From an uncultured cyanobacterium (GTDB taxonomy: Bacteria; Cyanobacteriota; Cyanobacteriia; Cyanobacteriales; Cyanobacteriaceae): a stretch of DNA of 64,000 bases. This document shows positions 11,282 through 21,784 of this stretch, in pieces. The notes below the pieces were generated by a model. That model worked only from the letters and a program-made list of their open reading frames with translations, was not told the origin of the DNA and did not search any database. A program made the position numbers and the translations under genes. How positions within the stretch are numbered: the stretch's first letter is position 1; every line of letters starts with the position of its first letter. Location: assembly GCA_963710605.1 (NCBI GenBank), contig CAVQBA010000004.1:512001-576000 (forward strand). The letters run 5' to 3'.

Positions 11282-12205
11282 ATGAATATCCGAGCTTCTA
11301 AAGTTAGAGCAATTAGTTCGACAGTTAGTAATATGGAACGATCGCTTAATTTTTATACAAAAGCACTTTCATTTAAACTGGTAGATGATATTACGATCGA
11401 TGAAGATTACTATTGTCAGTTAGAAGCAATTCCCCCCACGAAAATTCGGATTGCAACTCTAAGTATGGGAAATGAATTAATTGAGTTAAAAGAATATCTA
11501 GATTTAGAAGGAAAACCAATTCCCTCTGATACTCAAGGTAATGACTTGTGGTTTCATCATTTTGCGATCGTTGTTAAAGATATGGAGCGTGCTTACGAGC
11601 AATTAAGTCAATTTTCCTTTGAAAAAACATCGATCGCACCTCAAACTCTCGATTCAGGCATCAAAGCCTTTAAATTTAAAGATCCCGATGGACACAATTT
11701 AGAATTGATTTATTTCCCTAGCGGTATAGGTCAAGATAAGTGGCAGAAAGAGACAGAAGAATTATTTTTAGGAATTGATCATACAGCAATTTCGGTTACT
11801 AATACCGAAGACAACCTCAAATTTTATCGAGATTTACTCAGTTTAGAAGTTACCGCCGAAACGGTTAATGTCGGGCAAATTCAAGCGAATCTTGATGGAT
11901 TAGATGAATCTAAAGTACAAATTACCTCTTTGTTTCCTGTAGGTGAAGATTTAGGAGTAGAGTTTCTAGATTACATCATACCGCCGACAGGTAGAGCTTT
12001 TGATGCCTCGGCTAAAAGTTACGATTTAACTCATATGCAAATTCAAATTGTTGTTAATGAGATCGAAAAGATTGTCTCAGATTTAAAACAAAATGAAGTC
12101 GAAATTGTTTCACCTCAAATAATTGATTTTCCCGACTCTTATCCTTATAGTAAAGGTTGTTTAATAAAAGATCCCAACGGACATGGAGTGTTGATTATCA
12201 GTTAA
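11282..12205 (+). CDS. VOC/glyoxalase family protein (two VOC domains)
   Basis: HFAIVVKDM, FKDPDGHNLEL, IDHTAISV, KDPNGH. Confidence 0.9.
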   Translation: MNIRASKVRAISSTVSNMERSLNFYTKALSFKLVDDITIDEDYYCQLEAIPPTKIRIATLSMGNELIELKEYLDLEGKPIPSDTQGNDLWFHHFAIVVKDMERAYEQLSQFSFEKTSIAPQTLDSGIKAFKFKDPDGHNLELIYFPSGIGQDKWQKETEELFLGIDHTAISVTNTEDNLKFYRDLLSLEVTAETVNVGQIQANLDGLDESKVQITSLFPVGEDLGVEFLDYIIPPTGRAFDASAKSYDLTHMQIQIVVNEIEKIVSDLKQNEVEIVSPQIIDFPDSYPYSKGCLIKDPNGHGVLIIS

Positions 12206-12492
12206 TAGCGAATAGTCATTACCAGATTTGAAGTCAAATATTTTTTTAATTTGTTTATCCCTTTTAATTGAGCAGGGCTGATTCATTGTAAAATTTTGTA
12301 ACTTATACAACGTCAGAAATATAATAGTAAAAACACAATGTAACCACTCTCAATCAATCGTATTGTAGTAATAGCTTCTAGCTATTTTCTTCTTCCTTTG
12401 AATGTAACAGCTTTGCCTTAATTGAAGAGAAATGCAGATAAGTAAAAACGTGCTAATAAAAATACCAAGAGCGATTACCATAAGTTTTTTTT

Positions 12493-12582
12493 ACTCCCCT
12501 CTCCTGCGAGGAGCGGTGAGACCCCGCAACAACGGTAAGTTGCAAGGGAACGCTCACCAAGACAGAGGGGTTGGGGGTGAGG
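12493..12582. repeat. REP-like palindrome (CCCCTCTC...GAGGGGTTGGGGGTGAGG) interrupted by a second hairpin element
   Basis: Outer CCCCTCT/AGAGGGG, inner GGTGAG/CTCACC and GCAAC/GTTGC inverted pairs. Confidence 0.6.
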
Positions 12583-12629
12583 TAAAATCAAGATGAGGCT
12601 GGTACTTTTTTTCATGGCAATGTCCTAGT

Positions 12630-13583
12630 TTAAATATTTTCTAACCAACTAGTCAAATCATCAATCGAATTAAAATCTAACAAAGCCTCACCTAAATCTC
12701 CTAATACAGGTAAAGGCAAACTCATAACTTTATTTTCTACATCAGAAGGAATACTACCAATTTTTCTTCTCATTTGACGAGCAATTAAGACAGCTTCTCC
12801 TTGTTGAATTCCCCGTTGAATACCTTGCTCGACTCCTTGTTGAATTCCTTTTTGTAATCCAATCTGTTCTCTTTCTTCTAATTTTGCTTTGTAAATTGGT
12901 GATAACTTCATAATTAACTTTTCATCCTCTGGTGTTAATTTTTTGTCCTTACTTCGATTCAATTCTAACATCGAAAATAAATTCGAGATTAATTCTAGAA
13001 CGTTATCTCGATGAGGGTTATCTCTAGGTAGTGCTTTTAATTCATCAATTGCATTTTCTTGTACTTTCCCCTTACCTAGCATCCTTAACCATAAAGTTTC
13101 GCTATTTACCGGTAGCTGATGTATGACAATGATTTGGGTTGACAATGCTGAGGGTAAAAAATAAACCCCTTTTAACCAATCCTCTTTTGATTTTGCTTCA
13201 AAAGAATCTAATATTTGTTGAGATAAAGTTGGCATTAAAATCCACAATTTTGCGATTTCTGGATTAACTAAACTTTTTTTTGGATTTTTTCTTAAATCTC
13301 TTCTAATGGAAGTATGTACATCAAATAATTTGCCAAGGCAATCATTCACTTGATGAGTTTTGACAGGGTTGCGATAAACTTCAAACAAACAGGTATTTTG
13401 AATTATTTTGGATAATAAGCCCAGTGAAGTAGATGTATTTGGTATTTCTTTATTGGGTTGAAAAAACACATCAATTTCTCTTCTTTGAGAAGTGATATTC
13501 TCAGCCGAGGAGGCGATACCATAATCAGAAATTAACTCAGGTAGATATTGTTTAACAAATTCATCGTGAGGAAATTGACTCAT
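12630..13583 (-). CDS. Rpn-like PD-(D/E)XK protein with C-terminal DUF4351
   Basis: HDEFVKQYL, REIDVFF, GxxQ repeats (GLQKGIQQGVEQGIQRGIQQG), LGEALLDFNSIDDLTSWL. Confidence 0.8.
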   Translation of the reverse strand: MSQFPHDEFVKQYLPELISDYGIASSAENITSQRREIDVFFQPNKEIPNTSTSLGLLSKIIQNTCLFEVYRNPVKTHQVNDCLGKLFDVHTSIRRDLRKNPKKSLVNPEIAKLWILMPTLSQQILDSFEAKSKEDWLKGVYFLPSALSTQIIVIHQLPVNSETLWLRMLGKGKVQENAIDELKALPRDNPHRDNVLELISNLFSMLELNRSKDKKLTPEDEKLIMKLSPIYKAKLEEREQIGLQKGIQQGVEQGIQRGIQQGEAVLIARQMRRKIGSIPSDVENKVMSLPLPVLGDLGEALLDFNSIDDLTSWLENI

Positions 13584-13738
13584 AATGCTCGATTTTTTGG
13601 ATAAACCAATTTTTAATATAGTTTAAAATAACACGATCGTGTAGTGCTTTATTAAGCCGTCATTATTGTCGTTGTCATAAAAGGTTGACTGGTTTAAAAC
13701 TAATCGCTATATCTTTTGATTACATCTTCTATTTATAC

Positions 13739-14728
13739 CTAACCACCAATTTGAGACATTGTTTTTCGGTATTGATTATTTTGCGTACCAGAGTCTCTTT
13801 CTTTAAAATTTATTTCGGGTTTAATTAATAATAAATCAGCTACTTTTTCTTTAACAACTTCTAAATCTTCTCCATTTCTTAACGCTGTTTTCAAATCAAT
13901 TTGTCCTGTTTCATTTAACAAACAAGGACGTAACCAACCATCAGCAGATAAACGGACTCGATTACATCGATCGCAAAAACATTCAGACATTTGCGAGATA
14001 AAGCCTAACGTCCCTTTAGCCGAAGGAATTTTAAAAACATCAGCAGGACCGTTACCTGTAATAAAACTCTCTTCTAGACCCCATTTAGCCTTAATTGAAG
14101 AGCGAATATCCGCCGAGTCTATCCATGCTTTCTCACCAAAAAGATTTGCATTACCAATGGGCATAAATTCAATGAAACGAATATGCCAATTACGATCGAT
14201 TGTTAGACGGGCTAAATCCAAAATTTCACCATCGTTAACCCCTGGAATTATTACTACATTTAGCTTTAAGGGATTAAAACCAACTTGATAAGCCTTTTGA
14301 ATTCCATCCCATGTTTTTTGCCAACGACTTTTGCCATGATTACCAATAATACGATCGAAAGTTTCAGCTTGAAGCGAATCTAAACTAATATTAATACGAC
14401 GTAATCCAGCCTCAAACAAATCAGTAGCTTTATCAGCTAGTAAATAAGCATTAGTAGTCAACGACAAATCTTGGGTTTGCGGAAAACTACTGATTTCGGT
14501 GACAATATCGACTAAATCAGGACGTAACAAAGGTTCACCCCCCGTTAAGCGAAACTTGCTAAATCCGAGAGGAATAAATACTTTTTTAATCAGAGTTAGT
14601 AATTCCGTTTTTGAAAGTATTTCCGAAGATAAAAGATAACTTAATTCTTCTGTTTCAGGCATACAATACTGACAACGAAAATTACATTTATCTATCAAAC
14701 TAATCCTTAAATAGTCAACTTTATTCAC
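13739..14728 (-). CDS. moaA: GTP 3',8-cyclase
   Basis: [19 protein letters not shown] radical SAM motif, [15 protein letters not shown]-terminus. Confidence 0.97.
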   Translation of the reverse strand: MNKVDYLRISLIDKCNFRCQYCMPETEELSYLLSSEILSKTELLTLIKKVFIPLGFSKFRLTGGEPLLRPDLVDIVTEISSFPQTQDLSLTTNAYLLADKATDLFEAGLRRINISLDSLQAETFDRIIGNHGKSRWQKTWDGIQKAYQVGFNPLKLNVVIIPGVNDGEILDLARLTIDRNWHIRFIEFMPIGNANLFGEKAWIDSADIRSSIKAKWGLEESFITGNGPADVFKIPSAKGTLGFISQMSECFCDRCNRVRLSADGWLRPCLLNETGQIDLKTALRNGEDLEVVKEKVADLLLIKPEINFKERDSGTQNNQYRKTMSQIGG

Positions 14729-14896
14729 AAAATAAAAAATAACCTAACTAAATGTTTTTTTGAATCTAGAATAAAATAGAGAATTATAATTCTATTATGT
14801 ATCACTATGTTAGACTAATATCTAATTTACTGATAGTTTCAAATAAAAATTAATTCTCAATTCTCACCGAATAATTGCTTCTAGCAAGAATTCATC

Positions 14897-15268
14897 TCAA
14901 TTCTCAATTTTCAAACTGTGTTCTTGTAAAACTTCTAAACGAATGTATTCTAGAGTTTTTTCATGAGTTGCCGCTAAATCTATGGGGGTTGCAAATCCTG
15001 CATCTAAAGCCTCTTTCCAACGAGAAACGCACAGACACCATTTATCACCCGGTTTTAAACCTGGAAAATTGTACATCGGCATTGGAGTAGTTAAATCGTT
15101 GCCTCTATTCTTACTAAACGCAAGAAATTCAGCCGTCATCGTCGCACAAACCAAATGTAAACCCCTATCTTGAGCGCCTGTATCACAACAACCATTACGA
15201 TAAAAACCAGTCATTGGAGATGTACAACAAGTTTCTAACGGATTACCTTCAACATTTTTTGCCATCAT
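14897..15268 (-). CDS. DUF2237 family protein
   Basis: NVEGNPLETC, TGFYRNGCC, GLKPGDKWCLC. Confidence 0.9.
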   Translation of the reverse strand: MMAKNVEGNPLETCCTSPMTGFYRNGCCDTGAQDRGLHLVCATMTAEFLAFSKNRGNDLTTPMPMYNFPGLKPGDKWCLCVSRWKEALDAGFATPIDLAATHEKTLEYIRLEVLQEHSLKIEN

Positions 15269-15290
15269 TATTTTTGTTACTTCGATCGAA

Positions 15291-15914
15291 CTATTCTTTA
15301 TTATGCCAAAATTTTAAGTCTTCAGGTCGATCGATGTCTTTTAATATAGGTAAATAATCTATTTTATAACCAAGTTGTCGAGCGATCGACATAGTACGAG
15401 CAAAAACTGTATCTGTACCCCAATCAATCCCCATAAACAAAGATTTATCTAACTGCGTTAATCCTAATAAATAATAACCACCGTCATCCGCACCACCAAT
15501 AACTAAATCGTGAGTATTTAGAGAAACAAAAGCTTGATGTAAAATTTCCGCTGATAAACTAGGGCAGTCTATACCGATAATGACGACTTGTTGGCAATTG
15601 TTAGTAAAACGATCGGTAAAAGCATTATACATTTTATCACCTAAATCACCATCAGATTGAATTTGATAATGATATTTATTACCCAACCATTTTTGCATCA
15701 AATCTAAATTTCCACCATTAAAAAAGATATTTATTTCTACTGCTAAATATTCTTCTAGTTTAGTTACAGTATTCAGAGTATGCTCAGTCATTTCCTTTTG
15801 GAAATCAGCCGCTTTTTGAGCCCCGATAGCAGGAATTAACCTCGTTTTAGTTTTACCTTTTTCAGGATAACGAGTAAATATTATTAATGATTTTTGGCGA
15901 GATAAATTAGACAC
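15291..15914 (-). CDS. DUF2064/TIGR04282 family glycosyltransferase-like protein
   Basis: FTRYPEKGKTKTRL, GDLGDKM, IGIDCP, DGGYYLLG, DIDRPED. Confidence 0.88.
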   Translation of the reverse strand: MSNLSRQKSLIIFTRYPEKGKTKTRLIPAIGAQKAADFQKEMTEHTLNTVTKLEEYLAVEINIFFNGGNLDLMQKWLGNKYHYQIQSDGDLGDKMYNAFTDRFTNNCQQVVIIGIDCPSLSAEILHQAFVSLNTHDLVIGGADDGGYYLLGLTQLDKSLFMGIDWGTDTVFARTMSIARQLGYKIDYLPILKDIDRPEDLKFWHNKE

Positions 15915-16174
15915 AAATAAAATTTATAATTGAGAATTTAAAAACAGTGAATTAGCTATCAGTTATTATAATCATTTCGATTAAGATTGAAACAGTGTTA
16001 ATAATACTTAAAACATGAGTCATTACCCCTTCTGGGAAATAAACTACAAGGCTAATAGCAGAACGTTTAATAAATTAAACTCAAATTTTAACCCAAAAAT
16101 TGTCTCATTACTATTTGAAATAACTATAACTGTTGGCTGTCAAATATCAACTTTCAACTCTTAACTCTTAACTT

Positions 16175-17590
16175 TTAACTTTTAACTCTTAACGCTGTTT
16201 TTTTAACAAACTTATTAAAGATATTATTGTCTCTATTTTGTTGGAATATAAATTCCATTTTTTGTTTGATTACATTTAAGTTAATCGCATTAGAATTAGA
16301 AGTATCAGTTACTTGATAATATTCAATTAAACTTAAACCACAAATACGAGTTAAATAAGCGGCACTAACTCCTTGCATTAAACCACCAGCGACAAAAGTA
16401 AAAGCATTAGTTTTTAACACATTAGCGACGGCTTGAGTTGAGATTTCGACTATGCCTAATTGAAGCATTAATTTACCTAAAGCGATCGATACTTCTTGTG
16501 CTTGACTAATTGATAAAGGTTGCTGATAAATTTTACCCAAATCAATAATCATTTGCGTATTAATCGCCGCAGTTGCCAACAAATCAAGACTAGCAACAGG
16601 ATTAGCAAAAGTAGCCGTCGCCGACATCAATTGATACTTATCCATTACAGATAATGATTTTACCTTTCTTATTTGATTAAGTATTTCTTTGATTTGTCTT
16701 TCTAAATCTAGTGCTTGACGATAAGCAGTTGAAAGAATTAAATTTTCTTGCTGAGGTTGTATTTTGTTTTGATAAATATTAATTAGTTGTTCGTAATTTA
16801 TTGGTGTAATTTCTTCAGATTCTTGATAATTAAAATTATCTTGATATTTAATTACTTTTACTTTTTGAGTTTGAGTGGTTATTTGAACTATTTCTTCTTC
16901 TTTATCAATAATTTCTTGTAAGCTATTATTAATATTTTGCCAAATTAATTTCTTTTCTTCTGCTAAACTAAATTCACAATCATCAAATAAAACTAAGATT
17001 CTTTGTTGGCTATTTTTAATTTGTTTAATTTTATTTTTGTCTGAATCCGTTAAATCTCCTTGAATTACAAACAAAACTAAATCACGATCGAGTAATAACT
17101 TTTTGTTAACACTTTTTTCTATCTGATTATCTATCTTTTCAACTTGAGTATCAGCAAATTTTTGCTCAAAGGATCTAGATAAATTCAGGCTATTATTTTT
17201 TTTATTAAGAATTCCTATATTTAAATTTTGCCGTTTACTATTAGTCGTAATATCAGCTAAATTTTGCTTAAATAAACCATAATCTTGAGTAGAGTATTTT
17301 GAGTTGTCTGAAGATTTTGCTTCTTTAATTACAGTATTAATTAGATTATCTAACTTAGCAATTTTTTGATTGAAATCTTCGATCGTGATCTGCTTTATTT
17401 TGGATGAAATAGGACTTTTATTTTTCTTTATTTTACCTAAGATGGCAAATATTCCACCGCCAAAAATAATTCCTAAAGTAGTAATATTACTAATGTCACC
17501 TAAATTATTGGTAATACTTTGCCCTAACCAAAGCATAAAAGAAAGACTAACACCAGCAACTAAAATGGGTTTTTTGATTACTATACTCAC
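16175..17590 (-). CDS. YcjF/DUF697 family protein (degenerate GTPase-like N-terminus)
   Basis: ANPVASLDLLATAAIN, GGLMQGVSAAYLTRI. Confidence 0.75.
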   Translation of the reverse strand: MSIVIKKPILVAGVSLSFMLWLGQSITNNLGDISNITTLGIIFGGGIFAILGKIKKNKSPISSKIKQITIEDFNQKIAKLDNLINTVIKEAKSSDNSKYSTQDYGLFKQNLADITTNSKRQNLNIGILNKKNNSLNLSRSFEQKFADTQVEKIDNQIEKSVNKKLLLDRDLVLFVIQGDLTDSDKNKIKQIKNSQQRILVLFDDCEFSLAEEKKLIWQNINNSLQEIIDKEEEIVQITTQTQKVKVIKYQDNFNYQESEEITPINYEQLINIYQNKIQPQQENLILSTAYRQALDLERQIKEILNQIRKVKSLSVMDKYQLMSATATFANPVASLDLLATAAINTQMIIDLGKIYQQPLSISQAQEVSIALGKLMLQLGIVEISTQAVANVLKTNAFTFVAGGLMQGVSAAYLTRICGLSLIEYYQVTDTSNSNAINLNVIKQKMEFIFQQNRDNNIFNKFVKKTALRVKS

Positions 17591-17961
17591 AAACTTTCAT
17601 TCCCCTAAAATAGTGATATAAATATAATACTGCGAAATGTCTGTTGTTTAATATAAATTGACAAATAAAAGCAATAAATAGAGAAAATGATTACAGCCAA
17701 TAACTTAAAATATTATCACCACAAATATGATTAAACTGTATTGTTTTTTGAGTGATTAAAAGCTTTATTAAAAGTTATTTGCTCTAACTAACTCTTTACT
17801 AATTATTATAAGCGATCGTTATCGCTTTTTTAAGCAAAGCTTATTCTCTATTCGCTATCTAAAACTGTAATAGGAGAAATAGTTCAAAAACAAATTTGAT
17901 TCCAAGCACTCATTTTTTATACTTATCTACGATTTTTTTAAATATTTTTCGGTTTATCGTT

Positions 17962-18558
17962 TTATTTTCCAGTTTTACTTCGGCGACGTGGTTTTGCTTT
18001 AATTTTGGTACGTACTTTTTTTTGTTTAACTACTTTACTCTTAGTTGCCTTTTTTTTCTGAAATGCTTTGAGACGACTACCAATTTCATCAGCTAGATAA
18101 TGACTCATTGCCCCCAATTCTAAACCAATCAATAAAGCAAAAGTTTGAGTTAAATAGTCATTTATTATTTTTTGATAACTAGTTATAACTAGTTGTTGCC
18201 AATTCCAATCAAAACCCCAAATTAACTGAGCGATGGCAACTATCAAAATAGCCGTTACGAATAAAATTATACTTAGATATAACAGTCTGATAATTGTACC
18301 GATGAGGAAGCCATGAGATAAAAACGATCGATGTTTAAGATTTTTTTGATAAGGTAGCCAGATAAACTTAAACCATCCCCAACGTTTATATTGTACTGAG
18401 TAAATATCTAAATCTGGACCAAACATCAAACCACTAAATACAAATGCCGTTGCTGTTATTATTGCTATGTCTAATTTTTTTACTAATAATAAAGTAATGA
18501 TGACAATTAGAGGAAAACATATCCAAGTAATTCGATCGTGTTTTTTTCCTGAAGGCAT
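17962..18558 (-). CDS. DUF2227 putative metal-binding membrane protein
   Basis: MPSGKKHD, GPDLDI, HRSFLSHG, SHYLAD. Confidence 0.88.
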   Translation of the reverse strand: MPSGKKHDRITWICFPLIVIITLLLVKKLDIAIITATAFVFSGLMFGPDLDIYSVQYKRWGWFKFIWLPYQKNLKHRSFLSHGFLIGTIIRLLYLSIILFVTAILIVAIAQLIWGFDWNWQQLVITSYQKIINDYLTQTFALLIGLELGAMSHYLADEIGSRLKAFQKKKATKSKVVKQKKVRTKIKAKPRRRSKTGK

Positions 18559-18601
18559 TGCATTTTCAAAATATAGTCGTTATAATAGAAATCGTGTTTA
18601 A

Positions 18602-18673
18602 GGGCGATTAGCTCAGTGGTAGAGCGCCTGCCTTACAAGCAGGACGTCACTGGTTCAAATCCAGTATCGCCCA
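18602..18673 (+). tRNA. trnV: tRNA-Val(UAC)
   Basis: GGGCGAT/ATCGCCC acceptor stem, D-arm AGCTCAGTGGTAGAGC, anticodon stem CCTGC/GCAGG with loop CTTACAA, GGTTCAAAT T-loop; CCA not encoded. Confidence 0.97.
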
Positions 18674-18994
18674 TTATCTATACTTTTAATGTTGTCTAAT
18701 TTAAGCGAAGAGTCAACAATCTTGTTTATTTAACATTACCATTATTATCTATTGATCTACAAACGTTTTTAGATAAAATGCGATCGTTACAAGCTTTATT
18801 GGTAAAAAGAAAAATGAGTACGATCACGATCGTTTGATTCGTAGATTAGCTTTATTGAAGAAGTAAAAAGTTTTAATCTTAGATTATACCTTCAAAAAAG
18901 TGATTATTTAGTGGCTAGAACTATAAATTTCAAAATGACAAGATGTAATTTTGAGCCAATATTTACAGTTCTTTTTCAAATTTTCACTCAAAAA

Positions 18995-19282
18995 TCAACA
19001 ATTTCGCCATGCTTTAATTTGATGCCCTTGACGGAAAATAATTGATTTGGACAAAGATAATCTTTTCATCGTCTTACTCAATATCGTCACATCTTCTTTA
19101 ACAATTTCGATGTAATGAGGACAAGATTGGAAATCTAAACATAAAACTGTATTGGCATTCCATGTTTCTCTACTTATCTTGCATTCAGACGGTAAAATTG
19201 TCACCAAATCACGAAATCGAGTTAGTACTTCTTGCTCAAAATTATGACTAGTAGATTGAGAAAAAGATTGGTATTCAGACAT
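18995..19282 (-). CDS. Hypothetical protein
   Basis: 95-aa ORF with GAGG SD-like sequence upstream. Confidence 0.7.
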   Translation of the reverse strand: MSEYQSFSQSTSHNFEQEVLTRFRDLVTILPSECKISRETWNANTVLCLDFQSCPHYIEIVKEDVTILSKTMKRLSLSKSIIFRQGHQIKAWRNC

Positions 19283-19601
19283 AGAGTCTCACCTCTAATT
19301 GATAGCTTGTTTTAAACCTAGCATAAATTTATATTTAATTTTGTATTTAATCATAATTGCGACAAAATTTTCCAGTTATGATTGATAATGATCGACAAAT
19401 TAAATTAATTAAAATGCTTGTATCGTAATATAGGCAAGATAAATGAGTTATATTCTCGATCGTGTTTTGTAATTTATAGTTTTGTAAAATATACACAGAT
19501 GAAACTCTCAAAGTAGTTAATTTTCTTGACAATTGTGGCATAAAAGTAATTAGAGCAGTAATTTATGATAAAAATAATTAACTATTTATTCAATAAACCT
19601 G

Positions 19602-20093
19602 ATGAAAGCTAGAGAAATTATTCAAATTATTATTTTTATTCTGATAGGTTTAGCATTTATGTTTGGACTACAACCTTATTTATTTGATCAAAGAATACTA
19701 TTTGGAGTAGTAAGGAGTGTCACCTATAGTGAATGGATTGAGCAATATACCCTAGCCGCCGCAATTATCTTCGGTATTTCTGTTATTTTCACCATAATTT
19801 GGTGTGTGTTATTGTTAAAAAACCAAGATGGTAGTTACAGTACATGGAAAGCAGTTTGGTATGTTGGTTTATTTGTCTTAACCCTAATTGTGATTGGCAC
19901 AGTTTATATCAACAATCAAGATGACAATGGCGAATTGATTAGAGAAACTTTTATGCCGATGACACTCTGGCTTTTATTTGATTCATTATTTTTGCTTTAT
20001 TGGCTACCCACAGTAACTAGTACGCCCGGATTGTTAAAGAAAAAAGCAGTACCCGGAGCAATTTTAATTAATGATTTAATTGGCAGAAATTGA
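19602..20093 (+). CDS. Four-TM membrane protein, first gene of tubulin/actin-like locus
   Basis: Four hydrophobic segments; 33 bp before the tubulin-like gene. Confidence 0.85.
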   Translation: MKAREIIQIIIFILIGLAFMFGLQPYLFDQRILFGVVRSVTYSEWIEQYTLAAAIIFGISVIFTIIWCVLLLKNQDGSYSTWKAVWYVGLFVLTLIVIGTVYINNQDDNGELIRETFMPMTLWLLFDSLFLLYWLPTVTSTPGLLKKKAVPGAILINDLIGRN

Positions 20094-20126
20094 GCGATAA
20101 TTTTAATACTCAGGAGAAGAATTAAT

Positions 20127-21624
20127 ATGGCTTTTTATGTAGTCGGGATAGGTGGCACAGGTGCAAAATGTATTGAGGCAATTATTCAACTAGCTTCTGT
20201 GGGTTTGTTTCCCACTAATAAGCTTAAAGTAATGTTTGTTGATGCTGATGAAACTAATGGTAACTTACAAAGAACACAGACTAGTTTAGGTATTTATCAA
20301 AAATGTCATCAATTACTCAGCGGTAAACATGATGAATGTGATTGGATGACAACTAATATTGAATCTTACTCAGTTTGGTCTCCTTTTGGTAATAAAAATA
20401 CGGATAAAAAACTTGGTTCTTTTTTTGGTTACAATACTTTAAAACAACAAAACCCAGCTTTAGCTAGCTTATTTGATGTTTTATACACTGAAGATGAACG
20501 AAAAGTATCTTTAGAAGTCGGTTTTAGAGGTCGTCCTGCGATCGGTTCTGGTATAATGACTCAGATTGATTCTCGATCGTTTAGAAGAAGAACCATGGCG
20601 TAGTTTCATCAACGAAATTGTCAACAATTCTAGTAGCGGTGGTGAAACCAAAGTATTGCTTTGTGGTTCAATTTTTGGTGGTACAGGTGCATCAGGCTTA
20701 CCCACGATCGGTAGATTAATTGCGAATAAGTTAGAAAAAGAAGGTGTTAGAGAGAAAGTTAAATTAGGTTGTATCTTCGCATTACCTTACTTTAATTTTC
20801 CGAAAGGCTCAGCTAATGAACAAGTTTATGCAAGTTCAGATTTATTTTTACTTAACACCGAAGCCGCTCTTAGGTATTATCGAGAGCAAGCTCAACAATT
20901 TGATGCTAAATATTTAATCGGGAATCAAACCTTTGAAAAACTAGGCGAATTCAGCATTGGGAAAGATACCCAAATTAATCGCCCTCACTTTGTTGAGTTT
21001 TATGCAGCCTTAGCCGCCCGTAACTTTTTTTGTGAGCAACCTGAAGAAGCTGTACACGTTATCAGTCGTCATCAGACAGGTTTACTCCGATGGGATGATA
21101 TACCGAATAGTAATGAAGTCAAAAGCAAATTAGTCAATGCCACTCGTTTTGCTTTTATTTGGTTAGCTGATTTTCAGTTTCAATTACAACTAGGTAAAAA
21201 TCAAGGTATAGGTGAATTAAACGGGTTAGGTTGGTTTGATAAATTTTTTCAAGGAAAAGCTCTATTTAGGAAAACCAGAACACATTTACCTGACTTGAGT
21301 GAAGCTCAACAACAAGAAGCGATTAAAACGATCGATAATTGGTGTCAAGACTACTTACGCTGGCTAAGTGATATTCATATTTGTGATAGCGAAAAAATCG
21401 AGTTATTTAAAGCCCGTGAGCATTTTCTTAATGGTAGAGGATTGAAACCCGAAAACTTCGCCGATTTGTTATTTGACGAATCTCGTACTAAAGATGATTT
21501 AACACAAGATAACCTTGTCAAACTCAAAAATACAATTTCAGAATTGGATACAACTAAATTTGGCGAACCAAATCAGGGAGTAGCAGGATTAGCTAAAGCA
21601 GTCTATGTTTGTTGCAAATTATAA
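20127..21624 (+). pseudogene. Divergent tubulin/FtsZ-like GTPase (Tubulin_2-type), split by +1 frameshift near 20571 (~498 aa if repaired)
   Basis: VVGIGGTGAK, FVDAD, GFRGRPAIG in ORF 20127-20603; tubulin-signature loop GSIFGGTGASG and LPYF in ORF 20566-21624; AGGAG SD at 20112. Confidence 0.85.
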
Positions 21625-21632
21625 ACCGTTCA

Positions 21633-21666
21633 AGAATTTAGAATTTAGAATTTAGAATTTAGAATT
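21633..21666. repeat. AGAATTT heptamer repeat
   Basis: 4 full units plus one partial. Confidence 0.9.
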
Positions 21667-21672
21667 AATACC

Positions 21673-21777
21673 TATTCCCCATTCCCCATTCCCCATTCCC
21701 TATTCCCTATTCCCCATTCCCTATTCCCTATTCCCCATTCCCTATTCCCCATTCCCTATTCCCTATTCCCTATTCCC
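21673..21777. repeat. STRR-like (T/C)ATTCCC x15
   Basis: 15 contiguous units ending 7 nt before ATG 21785. Confidence 0.95.
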
Positions 21778-21784
21778 TAAAACT

